NCBI GenBank assembly: GCA_017882855.1
Contig: JADGOR010000001.1
Location: forward strand, 11,901 to 75,900
Direction of reading: 5' to 3'
DNA: 64,000 nt
From: Cellulomonas sp.
GTDB taxonomy: Bacteria > Actinomycetota > Actinomycetes > Actinomycetales > Cellulomonadaceae
A program made the translations under genes and the position numbers. Of this stretch, positions 51,229 through 63,501 are shown piece by piece (the first letter of the stretch is position 1; each line of letters starts with the position of its first letter). A model generated the notes under the pieces. The model saw only the letters and a program-made list of their open reading frames with translations, made no database searches and was not told where the DNA came from.

Positions 51229-54090
51229 GTGAGTGACCAACTCCGGATCCGCGGTGCGCGCGAGCACAACCTGCGCAACGTGGACCTCGACCTGCCGCGC
51301 GACCAGTTGATCGTCTTCACCGGACTGTCGGGCTCGGGGAAGTCCTCGCTGGCCTTCGACACGATCTTCGCTGAAGGGCAGCGCCGGTACGTCGAGTCGC
51401 TCTCGGCATACGCGCGGCAGTTCCTGGGCCAGATGGACAAGCCCGACGTCGACTTCATCGAGGGTCTCTCACCTGCGGTCTCGATCGACCAGAAGTCCAC
51501 CAACCGCAACCCGCGGTCCACGGTCGGGACGATCACCGAGGTGTACGACTACCTCAGACTTCTCTTCGCGCGCGCCGGCACACAGCACTGCCCCGAGTGC
51601 GGTGAGCTGATCACCGCGCAGACCCCGCAGCAGATCGTCGACCGGCTCCTCGAGCTGCCCGAAGGAACCCGGTACCAGGTCCTGGCCCCGGTGGTCCGTG
51701 GGCGCAAGGGGGAGTACTCCGAACTGTTCGCGGAGCTCCAGACCAAGGGTTTCGCCCGAGTCCGCGTCGATGGTCAGGTGCACGCCCTGAACGAGGCGCC
51801 CGAGCTGGAGAAGAAGCTCAAGCACTCGATCGACGTCGTGATCGACCGTTTGGTGGCCAAGGAGGGGGTCCGGCGGCGGCTCACCGACAGCGTGGAGACG
51901 GCACTCGCCCTGGCGGGAGGTCTCCTGACGGTCGAGCTCGTGGACGCGCCCGCGGACGACCAGAACCGGGAGCGACGGTTCTCCGAGAGTCGAGCTTGCC
52001 CGAACGACCACCAGCTGACGCTCGACGAGATCGAGCCGCGGACCTTCTCCTTCAACGCGCCCTACGGGGCGTGCCCGGTCTGCACCGGGCTCGGCAACCG
52101 GCTCGAGGTCGATCCCGAGCTGGTCATCCCGAACGATGAGCTGTCGCTCGCGGCCGGTGCGGTCGCGCCGTGGTCGCAGACCTCGTCGGAGTACTACGAC
52201 CGGGTGCTGACCGCGCTCGCCGATGAGATGCAGTTCTCGATGGATGTGCCGTGGCGCGCGCTCCCGGAACGTGTCCGGGAGGCCGTGCTCTACGGCAAGG
52301 ACCACAAGGTCCACGTGCGGTATCGCAACCGGTTCGGCCGCGAGCGGCAGTACTCCACCGGGTTCGAGGGCGTCGTCACGATGCTCGAGCGGCGCCACTC
52401 GGAGACCGAGTCGGAGTGGTCGCGCGAGAAGTACGAGTCGTACATGCGCGAGGTGCCGTGTCCCACCTGCCACGGCGCGCGGCTCAAGCCGGAGGTTCTC
52501 GCCGTGCGGGTCGGCGACAAGTCGATCGCCGAGGTGTGCGCGCTTCCGATCAACGAGTGCCGCGCGTTCCTCCAGTCGCTCGACCTCGGTGCGCGGGAGC
52601 GCGCGATCGCGACCCAGGTGCTCAAGGAGATCCTCGAGCGGCTCGGCTTCTTGCTGGATGTCGGCCTCGACTACCTCTCTCTCGAACGTCCCGCGGGTAC
52701 GCTCTCGGGCGGCGAGGCGCAGCGGATCAGGCTCGCGACCCAGATCGGTGCCGGCCTCGTCGGCGTCCTGTACGTGCTGGACGAACCCAGTATCGGCCTG
52801 CACCAACGGGACAACCGGCGCCTGATCAACACGCTCATCCGGCTCCGCGACCTCGGGAACACGCTCATCGTCGTCGAGCACGACGAGGACACGATTCGCT
52901 CGGCGGACTGGATCGTCGACATCGGGCCGGGGGCGGGGGAGCACGGTGGGCGGATCGTGCACACGGGGGACCTGGACGGCCTTCTCGCTTGCGAGGAGTC
53001 GATCACCGGGGCGTACCTCGCCGGTCGCCGTCAGATACCGATGCCGTCGGTGCGACGGCCCACGGACCCGGCGCGCCAGGTGACCGTGCTCGGCGCCAAG
53101 GAGCACAACCTCGCCAACATCGACGTGAGCTTCCCGCTCGGCTGCTTCGTCGCGGTGACCGGAGTGTCCGGCTCGGGGAAGTCCACCCTCGTCAACGCGA
53201 TCCTTTACACGGTGCTCGCCAACGAGCTCAACGGCGCGCGGCAGGTGCCGGGGCGGCATCGCGCCGTGACCGGGTTGGAGCACCTGGACAAGGTCGTGCA
53301 CGTCGACCAGGGCCCGATCGGTCGGACCCCTCGCTCCAACCCCGCGACGTACACCGGCGTGTGGGACCACGTCCGCCGGCTCTTCGCGGAGACGACCGAG
53401 GCAAAGGTGCGTGGCTACAAGCCGGGCCGGTTCTCCTTCAACGTCAAGGGCGGGCGTTGTGATGCTTGCTCGGGCGACGGCACGTTGAAGATAGAGATGA
53501 ACTTCTTGCCCGACGTGTATGTGCCGTGCGAGGTGTGCCACAGCTCGCGCTACAACCGGGAGACCCTCGAGGTCCACTTCAAGGGCAAGACGGTCGCCGA
53601 CGTGCTCAACATGCCGATCGAGGAGGCCTCGGAGTTCTTCTCCGCCGTGCCGGGGATCTCGCGGCATCTGAAGACCCTCGTCGAGGTCGGTTTGGGCTAC
53701 GTGCGCCTCGGTCAGCCGGCGACGACGCTCTCCGGTGGCGAGGCGCAGCGGGTGAAGCTCGCCAGTGAGCTCCAGAAGCGGTCCACCGGCCGGACGGTCT
53801 ACGTGCTCGACGAGCCGACCACCGGTCTGCACTTCGAGGACACCCGCAAGCTGCTGGGCGTCCTCCAAGGGCTCGTCGACAAGGGCAACACGGTCATTGT
53901 GATCGAGCACAACCTCGACGTGATCAGGAATGCCGACTGGGTGATCGACCTCGGACCGGAGGGTGGCTCCGGCGGCGGTCTGGTGATCGCCGAGGGAACG
54001 CCCGAGCAGGTCGCGGAGATCCCGGCGAGCCATACCGGCCGGTTCCTCGCGCCGGTGCTCAGCGAACGGGTGGGCGCAGCCGCGCGCTGA
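51229..54090 (+). CDS. uvrA: Excinuclease ABC subunit A
   Basis: 953 aa. It has two ABC modules ([10 protein letters not shown] and [10 protein letters not shown]) and zinc-finger cysteines. Confidence 0.96.
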   Translation: MSDQLRIRGAREHNLRNVDLDLPRDQLIVFTGLSGSGKSSLAFDTIFAEGQRRYVESLSAYARQFLGQMDKPDVDFIEGLSPAVSIDQKSTNRNPRSTVGTITEVYDYLRLLFARAGTQHCPECGELITAQTPQQIVDRLLELPEGTRYQVLAPVVRGRKGEYSELFAELQTKGFARVRVDGQVHALNEAPELEKKLKHSIDVVIDRLVAKEGVRRRLTDSVETALALAGGLLTVELVDAPADDQNRERRFSESRACPNDHQLTLDEIEPRTFSFNAPYGACPVCTGLGNRLEVDPELVIPNDELSLAAGAVAPWSQTSSEYYDRVLTALADEMQFSMDVPWRALPERVREAVLYGKDHKVHVRYRNRFGRERQYSTGFEGVVTMLERRHSETESEWSREKYESYMREVPCPTCHGARLKPEVLAVRVGDKSIAEVCALPINECRAFLQSLDLGARERAIATQVLKEILERLGFLLDVGLDYLSLERPAGTLSGGEAQRIRLATQIGAGLVGVLYVLDEPSIGLHQRDNRRLINTLIRLRDLGNTLIVVEHDEDTIRSADWIVDIGPGAGEHGGRIVHTGDLDGLLACEESITGAYLAGRRQIPMPSVRRPTDPARQVTVLGAKEHNLANIDVSFPLGCFVAVTGVSGSGKSTLVNAILYTVLANELNGARQVPGRHRAVTGLEHLDKVVHVDQGPIGRTPRSNPATYTGVWDHVRRLFAETTEAKVRGYKPGRFSFNVKGGRCDACSGDGTLKIEMNFLPDVYVPCEVCHSSRYNRETLEVHFKGKTVADVLNMPIEEASEFFSAVPGISRHLKTLVEVGLGYVRLGQPATTLSGGEAQRVKLASELQKRSTGRTVYVLDEPTTGLHFEDTRKLLGVLQGLVDKGNTVIVIEHNLDVIRNADWVIDLGPEGGSGGGLVIAEGTPEQVAEIPASHTGRFLAPVLSERVGAAAR

Positions 54091-54119
54091 CCGAGGCGGT
54101 GGGCGCAGCCGCGCGCTGA
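54069..54119 (+). repeat. Direct 22-nt repeat (period 29) that duplicates the uvrA 3' end including the stop codon
   Basis: GGTGGGCGCAGCCGCGCGCTGA occurs at 54069-54090 and again at 54098-54119. Confidence 0.9.
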
Positions 54120-54214
54120 GACCGGCACCGGAGCCACGCGGCTTCTCCGCCGGCCAGATCTGCCCAAGTGCGCGGACGTGCCCGTCGTGCGCCGTCGGCG
54201 TCAGCTGCCCTCGT

Positions 54215-54220
54215 TACGCT
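54215..54220 (+). promoter_or_regulatory. -10 hexamer TACGCT placed for a leaderless uvrC transcript
   Basis: The TANNNT hexamer ends 6 nt before ATG 54227. Confidence 0.4.
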
Positions 54221-54226
54221 CGTGTC

Positions 54227-56233
54227 ATGGCGGACCCAGCGAGCTACCGCCCCGCGCCCGGCGACATCCCCCCGGTGCCGGGCGTCTACCGGTTCCGGGA
54301 GCCGCACGGCCGCGTCATCTATGTCGGCAAGGCCAAGAACCTCCGGGCCCGCCTCAGCAGCTACTTCCAGGAGCTCGCGACCCTTCACCCGCGCACCCAG
54401 CAGATGGTCACGACGGCATCGTCGGTCGAATGGACCGTCGTGGGGACCGAGGTCGAGGCTCTCGCACTCGAGTTCACCTGGATCAAGCAGTTCGACCCCC
54501 GCTTCAACATCCGCTACCGGGACGACAAGTCCTACCCCTACCTAGCGGTGACGATGTCGGAGCAGTTTCCGCGGGTCCAGGTGATGCGGGGCAGCAAGCG
54601 AGCCGGCACCCGCTACTTCGGCCCGTTCCCGCACGCCTGGGCGATCCGCGAGACGGTCGACCTCTTGCTCCGGGTGTTCCCGGTTCGCACCTGTTCGATG
54701 GGCGTCTTCCGCCGTGCCGGGCAGGTCGGTCGGCCGTGCCTGCTCGGCTACATCGACAAGTGCTCGGCCCCGTGCGTCGGTCGCGTCAGCCCGGACCAGC
54801 ACCGCCTGCTCGCCCAGGATTTCTGCGACTTCATGGCCGGCGACACGGCCCGGTTCGTCCGGCGGCTGCAGAAGCGGATGCGCGATGCCGCCGCGGACCT
54901 CGACTACGAGCAGGCGGCCCGGTTGCGCGACGACATCGCGGCGCTCGAGCGGGCCACCGAGCGGAACGCGGTCGTGCTTCCGGACGGCACCGACGCTGAC
55001 GTGTTCGCGATGGCGGGCGACGAGCTCGAAGCGGCGGTCCAGGTGTTCCACGTGCGAGACGGCCGGATCCGTGGACAGCGCGGCTGGGTGGTGGAGAAGG
55101 TCGAGGACCTGGACGACGCCGACCTGGTCGAGCACCTCCTCCAGCAGGTGTACGGCGAGGCCGGGTCCTGGTCGGACCTGAGCGCGAACGCCGACGTCAT
55201 CCCGCGCGAGGTCCTGGTCCCCGCCATGCCGACCGATGCCGGTCAGCTCACGACCTGGCTGAGTGGGCTGCGCGGATCCCAGGTGTCCATCCGCGTTCCG
55301 CAACGCGGCCCCAAGCGGGCTCTGGCCGAGACGGTTCGGAGCAACGCTGAGCACGCGCTCGGGCTGCACCGCTCGAACCGGGCCGGCGACCTGACCACCC
55401 GCAGCCAGGCGCTGACCGAGCTCCAGGAAGCGCTCGGTATGCCGAGCGCGCCCTTGCGCATCGAGTGCTACGACATCTCGACCACGCAGGGCACCCACCA
55501 GGTGGGCTCGATGGTCGTGTTCGAGGACGCTCTGCCCCGCAAGCCCGAGTACCGGCAGTTCGTCGTGCGCGGGCCTGACGGCACCGGCGCGGCCGACGAC
55601 ACGGCGGCCATGCACGAGGTCATCGTGCGCAGGTTCAGTCGGTACCTCACCGAACGCAGCCGGTCCGGGGAGGTCGAGCTGGGCGGCGACCGCGACCTGG
55701 ACGACGGGAATCCCGGTGACGTCGCCTCGCGCGTCGCCGTGAGTCCCGACGACGTGGTCGGTCCGCCGCCGGCGCCACGGTTCGCCTACCCGCCGAACCT
55801 CGTCGTGGTGGACGGTGGGCCACCGCAGGTCGCCGCGGCCGCCCGCGCGCTCGCGGAGCTCGGGATAGACGACGTCGCGTTGTGCGGACTGGCGAAGCGG
55901 CTCGAGGAGGTCTGGTTGCCGGGGGAGGAGTACCCGGTGATCCTCCGGCGCGGGTCCGAGGGCCTGTACCTGCTCCAGCGGGTGCGTGACGAGGCGCACC
56001 GATTCGCTGTCCAGCACCACCGCAAGCGCCGCAGCGCGGCCATGACGGCGTCTGTCCTGGACGACGTCCCGGGCCTCGGGCCGGCGCGCAAGGCAGTCCT
56101 CCTGAAGCACTTCGGCTCCCTCACCCGGCTCCGCGCGGCGTCCGCCGAGGAGATCGCGACCGTGCGCGGCGTCGGCGACTCGACGGCGGAAGCCGTGGTG
56201 GCAGCTCTTCATCCGGACACCGGAGCGCAGTGA
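54227..56233 (+). CDS. uvrC: Excinuclease ABC subunit C
   Basis: 668 aa. It has a GIY-YIG domain ([24 protein letters not shown]), a UVR domain and a C-terminal HhH. Confidence 0.95.
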   Translation: MADPASYRPAPGDIPPVPGVYRFREPHGRVIYVGKAKNLRARLSSYFQELATLHPRTQQMVTTASSVEWTVVGTEVEALALEFTWIKQFDPRFNIRYRDDKSYPYLAVTMSEQFPRVQVMRGSKRAGTRYFGPFPHAWAIRETVDLLLRVFPVRTCSMGVFRRAGQVGRPCLLGYIDKCSAPCVGRVSPDQHRLLAQDFCDFMAGDTARFVRRLQKRMRDAAADLDYEQAARLRDDIAALERATERNAVVLPDGTDADVFAMAGDELEAAVQVFHVRDGRIRGQRGWVVEKVEDLDDADLVEHLLQQVYGEAGSWSDLSANADVIPREVLVPAMPTDAGQLTTWLSGLRGSQVSIRVPQRGPKRALAETVRSNAEHALGLHRSNRAGDLTTRSQALTELQEALGMPSAPLRIECYDISTTQGTHQVGSMVVFEDALPRKPEYRQFVVRGPDGTGAADDTAAMHEVIVRRFSRYLTERSRSGEVELGGDRDLDDGNPGDVASRVAVSPDDVVGPPPAPRFAYPPNLVVVDGGPPQVAAAARALAELGIDDVALCGLAKRLEEVWLPGEEYPVILRRGSEGLYLLQRVRDEAHRFAVQHHRKRRSAAMTASVLDDVPGLGPARKAVLLKHFGSLTRLRAASAEEIATVRGVGDSTAEAVVAALHPDTGAQ

Positions 56234-56285
56234 CCCCGACACGCCGTCCGGACCTGCGAGTTCACTCCGGTTTGGGGGGTGGGGC

Positions 56286-57236
56286 ATGCTTGGGGAGATG
56301 AGCGGCGAGCAGTCACCCGACACCGTGCCGAACGGGATTCCCGCGTTGGAGTCCACGGCGCGGCCGCCGTTGACGGAGATCCCGGAGGTCCTGATCATCA
56401 CCGGGATGTCTGGTGCCGGCCGGTCTCGTGCGGCCGCCGTCCTGGAGGACCTCGACTGGTACGTGGTCGACAACCTGCCGCCCCAGATGCTCACCCACCT
56501 GGTCGGCATGATGACGCACGGCTCGGGCGGCGTCCGACGCCTGGCCGTCGTCGTGGATGTGCGCGGGCGCCAGTTCTTCACCGACTTCGTCCAGGTCCTC
56601 GACGCCCTGCACGCCGGTGGGATCCGGCACCGGATCCTGTATCTCGATGCCTCGGACGAGGTTCTGGTGCGCCGGTACGAAGAGGTTCGTCGACCACATC
56701 CGCTGCAGGGCGACGGCCGGATCCTGGACGGCATCGCCGCCGAACGGGCCCTGCTCTCCGAGATGCGCGAGCGCGCGGACGTCGTCCTCGACACCTCCGA
56801 GCTCAAGGTGCACGAGCTCGCGCGCGAAGTCGTGGCCTCGTTCGCGCCGGCTGACGACGCGCCGGTGCACGTCACGATCTTGTCGTTCGGCTTCAAGTAC
56901 GGCTTGCCGCTCGATGCCGACAACGTGGCCGACGTGCGTTTCCTCGCCAACCCGTACTGGATCACCGAGCTGCGCCATCTCACCGGTCGAGACCCCGCCG
57001 TCCGCGACTATGTGCTGGGTCTGCCGCGAGCCGGCGAGTTCGTGGACCGGTACGTCGAGGCGCTGGAACCGGTCCTCGAGGGGTATGCGCACGAGGACAA
57101 GCGCTACGCGACCATCGCGATCGGTTGCACCGGTGGCAAGCACCGGTCGGTGGCCGTGGGCGAAGCGATCGGTGCGGCGTTGCGGGAGCGCGGGCACCAG
57201 GTCGAGGTGCGGCACCGGGACCTCGGCCGGGAGTGA
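56286..57236 (+). CDS. rapZ: RNase adapter / nucleotide-binding protein RapZ
   Basis: It has the P-loop ITGMSGAGRS and the C-terminal motif IGCTGGKHRSV. The start could instead be ATG 56298. Confidence 0.9.
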   Translation: MLGEMSGEQSPDTVPNGIPALESTARPPLTEIPEVLIITGMSGAGRSRAAAVLEDLDWYVVDNLPPQMLTHLVGMMTHGSGGVRRLAVVVDVRGRQFFTDFVQVLDALHAGGIRHRILYLDASDEVLVRRYEEVRRPHPLQGDGRILDGIAAERALLSEMRERADVVLDTSELKVHELAREVVASFAPADDAPVHVTILSFGFKYGLPLDADNVADVRFLANPYWITELRHLTGRDPAVRDYVLGLPRAGEFVDRYVEALEPVLEGYAHEDKRYATIAIGCTGGKHRSVAVGEAIGAALRERGHQVEVRHRDLGRE

Positions 57237-57241
57237 GACGA

Positions 57242-58219
57242 GTGCCGAACACCAATCCCGCCGTGGTCGCACTGGGTGGGGGCCATGGGCTTGCCGCGTC
57301 GCTACGGGCCTTGCGTCTGCTCACGGAGCGCGTCACCGCGATCGTGACCGTTGCCGACGACGGCGGCTCGTCGGGTCGACTTCGCGACGAGCTCGGCGTG
57401 CTCCCCCCGGGGGATCTGAGGATGGCCCTGGCCGCCCTCTGCGACGACACCGAGTGGGGCCGGACCTGGCGCGACGTGCTGCAGCACCGATTCAGGTCGA
57501 CGGGTTCGCTCGACCAGCACGCCGTGGGCAACCTTCTGATCGTCGCGCTGTGGGAGCTGTTGGACGACCCGGTCGCCGGGCTCGACTGGGTGGGCCGGCT
57601 GCTCGGCGCACGCGGCCGAGTGCTCCCGATGGCGTCCGTGCCACTGACCATCGAGGCCGACGTCGCGGGCCTTCCCGGCGCCGGCCCGGACGGTCTGACG
57701 GTGGTCCGGGGACAGGTCGCCGTCGCGACGGCGCCGGGGCGGATCGCGCGGCTTCGCCTCATCCCGGCCAACCCGCCCACGGCGCCAGAGACCGTGCAAG
57801 CGATCGAGGAGGCGGACTGGGTGGTGCTGGGCCCCGGCTCGTGGTTCACGTCCGTCCTGCCGCACCTCCTCGTGCCCGAGCTGTCCGCAGCCCTGCACCG
57901 GACCTCGGCTCGGCGCTGCGTGACGCTGAACCTCTCGCCCGAGACCGGGAACCCGGCCGCCATGAGCCGGCACGAGCACCTCGCCGCGCTCCGCGAGCAC
58001 GCGCCGGAGCTGCGGATCGACGCGGTGATCGCGGACCCGAGTGCGGTCGACGACCTGAACCTGTTGTCGGACCTGGCCAAGGAAATGGGCGCTTCACTCA
58101 TGTTGCGCCAGGTCCGGGTCGGCGACGGCACGGCGAATCACGACCCGGTCCGGTTGGCCGGGGCTTACCGCGATGTGTTCGACGGGGCAATGGGAGACGT
58201 CCACAACACCGTCGACTAA
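57242..58219 (+). CDS. yvcK: YvcK/CuvA-family gluconeogenesis and cell-shape factor
   Basis: GTG 57242. The motifs are VVALGGGHGLAASLRAL...TAIVTVADDGGSSGRLR. Confidence 0.88.
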   Translation: MPNTNPAVVALGGGHGLAASLRALRLLTERVTAIVTVADDGGSSGRLRDELGVLPPGDLRMALAALCDDTEWGRTWRDVLQHRFRSTGSLDQHAVGNLLIVALWELLDDPVAGLDWVGRLLGARGRVLPMASVPLTIEADVAGLPGAGPDGLTVVRGQVAVATAPGRIARLRLIPANPPTAPETVQAIEEADWVVLGPGSWFTSVLPHLLVPELSAALHRTSARRCVTLNLSPETGNPAAMSRHEHLAALREHAPELRIDAVIADPSAVDDLNLLSDLAKEMGASLMLRQVRVGDGTANHDPVRLAGAYRDVFDGAMGDVHNTVD

Positions 58220-58234
58220 TGGCAGGATGACGCC

Positions 58235-59215
58235 ATGGCACTGACCGCCCAGGTGAAGGACGAGCTCGCCCGGCTCTCCGTGGACAAGATCTCGTGCCGC
58301 AAGGCTGAGGTGTCGGCGATCCTGAGGTTCGCGGGTGGCCTGCACATCATCTCCGGGCGCATCGTCATCGAAGCGGAGCTCGACACCGGCATCGCGGCGC
58401 GGCGGCTCCGTCAGGCCATCCATGAGGTCTACGGGCACACGAGCGACGTCATCGTTGTCTCAGGGGGCGGCTTGCGCCGCGGCAACCGGTACGTCGTCCG
58501 GGTCGTCAAGGACGGCGAGTCGCTCGCCCGGCAGACCGGCCTTCTCGACAACCGCGGACGCCCGGTCCGCGGCCTGCCCCCGCAAGTGGTTGCGGGCGGC
58601 ATCGGCGAGGCGGAGGCAGCGTGGCGGGGGGCCTTCCTGGCGCACGGTTCGCTCACCGAGCCGGGGCGCTCGGCCGCCATGGAGGTGACCTGCCCGGGTC
58701 CTGAGGCGGCTCTCGCGCTGGTGGGCGCAGCCCGTCGGCTGGGTATCCAGTCCAAGGCCCGCGAGGTGCGCGGCGTCGACCGGGTCGTGATCCGAGACGG
58801 CGATGCGATCAGCGCGATGCTGACCAGGCTCGGTGCGCACGACGCGGTGCTCGTCTGGGAGGAGCGTCGGCTCCGCCGCGAGGTGCGCGGTACCGCGAAC
58901 CGGCTCGCCAACTTCGACGACGCCAACCTGCGCCGGTCCGCCCGCGCGGCCGTGGCCTCGGGCGCGCGGGTCGAGCGTGCCTTCGAGATCCTCGGCCCGG
59001 ACGTCCCGGACCACCTGCGCCAGGCCGGCGAGCTCCGCCTCGAACATAAGCAGTCGTCGCTGGAGGAGCTCGGCCAGATCGCCGACCCACCGCTGACGAA
59101 GGACGCCGTCGCCGGCCGGATCCGCCGCCTGCTCGCCACTGCCGACAAGCGCGCGGCCGAGCTCGGCGTGCCCGACACCGAGGCCGGTCTGAGCGCGGAT
59201 CTGCTCGATCTGTGA
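58235..59215 (+). CDS. whiA: DNA-binding sporulation and cell-division regulator WhiA
   Basis: 326 aa. The N-terminus is [14 protein letters not shown]. It has LAGLIDADG-like repeats and a C-terminal HTH. It completes the conserved rapZ-yvcK-whiA order. Confidence 0.93.
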   Translation: MALTAQVKDELARLSVDKISCRKAEVSAILRFAGGLHIISGRIVIEAELDTGIAARRLRQAIHEVYGHTSDVIVVSGGGLRRGNRYVVRVVKDGESLARQTGLLDNRGRPVRGLPPQVVAGGIGEAEAAWRGAFLAHGSLTEPGRSAAMEVTCPGPEAALALVGAARRLGIQSKAREVRGVDRVVIRDGDAISAMLTRLGAHDAVLVWEERRLRREVRGTANRLANFDDANLRRSARAAVASGARVERAFEILGPDVPDHLRQAGELRLEHKQSSLEELGQIADPPLTKDAVAGRIRRLLATADKRAAELGVPDTEAGLSADLLDL

Positions 59216-59404
59216 CCCGAACGGACGCTTTTGCGGGGTGCCCGGATCGACCGGCTCGGGCCCGTTTCAGCCCTCGGGCGATAGGACCTTCGTCGCGGCC
59301 CCGAGGGGGCCCACGGTGTAACCTGACGGTGTCTGGTTCTCGCGCGGATGCGCGGTCTGGCCAGCAGCGTACGTCGTGGTACGCAATCGTCTAGAGACCA
59401 ATAG

Positions 59405-60448
<1,044 letters not shown>

Positions 60449-60478
60449 CCGTGCCCACAACCCGCTGAACCGGCTCAT

Positions 60479-60527
60479 GCGTCCGCGTGCGCGACCCGAC
60501 CGTCCTCGTCGGCGCGCACGCGGACGC
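60479..60527 (+). other. Large intercistronic hairpin between gap and pgk
   Basis: GCGTCCGCGTGCGCG (60479-60493) pairs perfectly with CGCGCACGCGGACGC (60513-60527). There is also an inner 5-bp helix CCGAC/GTCGG. Confidence 0.7.
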
Positions 60528-60558
60528 CGTCATGTCCGCCCCTAGCTCTGGAGAGAGA

Positions 60559-61764
60559 ATGAAGACCATCAAGGACCTCGGCGACCTGCGCGGCAAGCGC
60601 GTGCTGGTGCGTTCCGACTTCAACGTCCCGCTCGACGGCACGACGATCACTGACGACGGCCGCGTGCGAGCCTCGCTGCCGACTCTTCGCACCCTGCTCG
60701 ACGCCGGGGCCCGGGTCATCGTCATGGCGCACCTCGGACGCCCCAAGGGCGCCCCGGAGGCCAAGTACTCGCTCGCCCCCGTCGCGGCGCGCCTGAGCGA
60801 GCTGCTCGGCCAGCCGGTCGCCCTCGCCGACGACCTCGTCGGCCCGTCCGCACGGGCCACCGCTGCTGCGCTCAAGGACGGCGAGATCGCGCTGCTGGAG
60901 AACATCCGCTTCGACCCTCGCGAAACCTCCAAGGTCGACTCCGAGCGGGAGGCATTTGCCGGCGAGCTCGCCAAGCTGGGCGACGCCTACGTGTCGGACG
61001 GCTTCGGCGTCGTGCACCGCAAGCAGGCCTCGGTGTACGACATCGCCAAGATCCTGCCGTCGGCCGTCGGCGGCCTCGTTCTCACCGAGGTCAAGGCGCT
61101 GAGCCGGGCCACGAACAACCCGGAACGGCCGTACGTGGTGGTCCTCGGTGGCTCGAAGGTCTCCGACAAGCTCGGCGTGATCGCCAACCTGCTGACGAAG
61201 GCCGACCGGTTGCTGATCGGCGGCGGCATGGCGTACACGTTCCTCGCGGCGAAGGGCTACCAGGTCGGTACCTCGCTGCTCGAGGCGGACCAGATCGAAA
61301 CCGTCAAGGGCTACCTCGCTCAGGCCGAGAAGGCGGGCGTCGAGATCGTGCTGCCGACCGACGTCGTCGTCGCGGACACCTTCACGGCGGACTCGCCGCA
61401 CGACGTCGTGCCGGCCGACGCGATCCCGGCCGACCGGATGGGCCTGGACATCGGTCCGGACTCGGAAAAGCTGTTCGCGAGCAAGATCCACGACGCCAAG
61501 ACGATCGTGTGGAACGGCCCGATGGGCGTCTTCGAGTTCCCGGCCTTCGCCGAGGGCACCAGGGCCGTGGCCCAGGCGATGATCGACTCGGACGGTTTCA
61601 GCATCGTCGGTGGTGGCGACTCCGCCGCCGCCGTCCGCAAGCTGGGCTTCGACGAGTCCCGGTTCGGCCACATCTCGACCGGCGGCGGAGCCAGCCTCGA
61701 GTTCCTCGAGGGCAAGGAGCTGCCGGGGATCGCGGTCCTGGACTCAGCAGACGGTGAGCGCTGA
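60559..61764 (+). CDS. pgk: Phosphoglycerate kinase
   Basis: ATG 60559 is preceded by GGAGAGAG. The N-terminus is [27 protein letters not shown]. The upstream part of the track ORF is occupied by the hairpin. Confidence 0.95.
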   Translation: MKTIKDLGDLRGKRVLVRSDFNVPLDGTTITDDGRVRASLPTLRTLLDAGARVIVMAHLGRPKGAPEAKYSLAPVAARLSELLGQPVALADDLVGPSARATAAALKDGEIALLENIRFDPRETSKVDSEREAFAGELAKLGDAYVSDGFGVVHRKQASVYDIAKILPSAVGGLVLTEVKALSRATNNPERPYVVVLGGSKVSDKLGVIANLLTKADRLLIGGGMAYTFLAAKGYQVGTSLLEADQIETVKGYLAQAEKAGVEIVLPTDVVVADTFTADSPHDVVPADAIPADRMGLDIGPDSEKLFASKIHDAKTIVWNGPMGVFEFPAFAEGTRAVAQAMIDSDGFSIVGGGDSAAAVRKLGFDESRFGHISTGGGASLEFLEGKELPGIAVLDSADGER

Positions 61765-61766
61765 CG

Positions 61767-62564
61767 ATGGCAGGCGGCCGCACCCCGCTGATGGCGGGGA
61801 ACTGGAAGATGAACCTCGATCACCATGCAGCCACGCACTTCGTGCAGAAGCTGGCCTGGTCGCTGAAGGACGCCAAGCACGACTTCGGCAGCGTCGAGGT
61901 CGTCGTGCTGCCGCCGTTCACGGACCTGCGCTCGGTGCAGACCCTGGTGGACGCGGACAAGCTGGAGATCAAGTACGGAGCACAGGATGTCTCGGCGCAC
62001 GCCGAGGGTGCGTACACCGGTGAGATCTCGGCGTCCATGCTCGCCAAGCTCGGCGTGACCTACGTCGTCATCGGGCACTCCGAACGGCGTGAGTACCACG
62101 CCGAGAACGACGCTCTGGTGGCGGCGAAGATCGCTTCAGCCTTCGGCCAGGGCCTCTTGCCGATCGTGTGTATCGGCGAGGGCCTGGAGATCCGCAAGGC
62201 GGGCGAGCAGGTGGCGTACACCCTCGCTCAGCTCGATGGGGCTCTCGCCGGGCTCCCGGCAGAAAGAGCTGCCCAGGTTGTCCTCGCCTACGAGCCGGTC
62301 TGGGCGATCGGCACCGGCGAGGTCGCGACCCCGGAGGACGCCCAGGAGGTGTGCGGAGCGATCCGCACGCGTCTTGCCGAGCTCTACTCGCAGGAGCTCG
62401 CCGGCGGCGTGCGAGTGCTCTACGGAGGTTCGGTCAAGTCCGGCAACATCGCCGCGATCATGGCGAAGCCTGACGTCGATGGCGCGCTCATCGGCGGCGC
62501 GAGCCTCGACCCGGAAGAGTTCGCGAAGATCGTCCGGTACCAGTCGCACGCGGTCGGTCTGTGA
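61767..62564 (+). CDS. tpiA: Triosephosphate isomerase
   Basis: 265 aa. The motifs are [16 protein letters not shown] and [11 protein letters not shown]. Confidence 0.95.
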   Translation: MAGGRTPLMAGNWKMNLDHHAATHFVQKLAWSLKDAKHDFGSVEVVVLPPFTDLRSVQTLVDADKLEIKYGAQDVSAHAEGAYTGEISASMLAKLGVTYVVIGHSERREYHAENDALVAAKIASAFGQGLLPIVCIGEGLEIRKAGEQVAYTLAQLDGALAGLPAERAAQVVLAYEPVWAIGTGEVATPEDAQEVCGAIRTRLAELYSQELAGGVRVLYGGSVKSGNIAAIMAKPDVDGALIGGASLDPEEFAKIVRYQSHAVGL

Positions 62565-62579
62565 GCTGACGGCATCCGT

Positions 62580-62613
62580 GGTGGCCGCGCGCGAACCCTT
62601 CCGCGCGGCCACC
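62580..62613 (+). terminator. 12-bp perfect stem-loop after tpiA
   Basis: GGTGGCCGCGCG (62580-62591) pairs with CGCGCGGCCACC (62602-62613) around a 10-nt loop. It starts 16 nt after the tpiA stop. Confidence 0.55.
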
Positions 62614-62758
62614 CGAGCCTGGTCCGCGGTTCCCTTCCCGGGGGCAGCAGACAACCGAGATCGGGATGGTTCGCCGGAGGGGCCCCGCGTCGCTTACCCT
62701 TGACCCGGTGCGTGCGTCGCGCCACGTCCACTCGAACCGGTGAGGAGTTCACGGAGCC

Positions 62759-63004
62759 GTGAACGGCATGACTATCACTCTGCAGGTGCTGCTGCTCGTC
62801 ATCAGCCTCGTGCTGACCCTGCTCGTCCTCCTGCACAAGGGCAAGGGCGGCGGGCTGTCCGACATGTTCGGTGGCGGGATCTCCTCCTCCGCCGGCAGCT
62901 CCGGTGTGGCCGAACGGAACCTGAACCGGATCACCGTGGGCCTGGCCCTCACCTGGACCGTCATCATCGTGCTGCTCGGCCTGATCAGCCGATTCGGCCA
63001 CTGA
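62759..63004 (+). CDS. secG: Preprotein translocase subunit SecG
   Basis: About 80 aa. It has two TM helices flanking the Gly-rich loop HKGKGGGLSDMFGGG. It lies after tpiA, as in many actinobacteria. ATG 62768 is an alternative start. Confidence 0.88.
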   Translation: MNGMTITLQVLLLVISLVLTLLVLLHKGKGGGLSDMFGGGISSSAGSSGVAERNLNRITVGLALTWTVIIVLLGLISRFGH

Positions 63005-63019
63005 GGCTAGGGGCAGACG

Positions 63020-63367
63020 ATGGCAGGCGGTAGCGCAATCCGGGGCTCACGGGTCGGTGCAGGTCCGATGGGAGAGGCCGAGCGCGGCGAGGCGGCTCCG
63101 CGGTTCGTCATCTCGTACTGGTGCTCGAACGGCCACGAGACGCGGCCGAGCTTCGCTGAGGAGAACGGCATCGAGGCGCCCGAGCTGTGGGACTGCCCGC
63201 GGTGCGGGCTGCCCGCCGGCCAGGACCACGAGAACCCGCCGGCTCCGCCGCGCAACGAGCCCTACAAGACCCACCTCGCATACGTCAAGGAGCGTCGCAG
63301 CGACGCCGACGGCGAAGCGATCCTGTCCGAGGCGCTCGAAGCACTGCGCGCCCGCCGCGGCCGCTGA
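63020..63367 (+). CDS. rbpA: RNA polymerase-binding protein RbpA
   Basis: 115 aa. The motifs are RFVISYWCSNGHETRPSF, WDCPRCGLPAG and YKTHLAYVKERRSD. Confidence 0.9.
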   Translation: MAGGSAIRGSRVGAGPMGEAERGEAAPRFVISYWCSNGHETRPSFAEENGIEAPELWDCPRCGLPAGQDHENPPAPPRNEPYKTHLAYVKERRSDADGEAILSEALEALRARRGR

Positions 63368-63501
63368 CCCATCAGGAACGGTTCCGCCAGACCGCGCAGC
63401 GTGGTTCCTCTCCACGCGTCCGGATGCGCCCGGTCGAGTGGTGCGCCCGGCCTCAGCCATCGATCGCCGGGGCCCTGCTGCGCTCAGATCCGGCCGCTGT
63501 G

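Noticed and set aside
59271-59307. An 8-bp stem (CCCTCGGG/CCCGAGGG) with a 21-nt loop after whiA.
   Set aside because: The loop is large and there is no T-tract, so the stability is marginal. I did not report it as a terminator.
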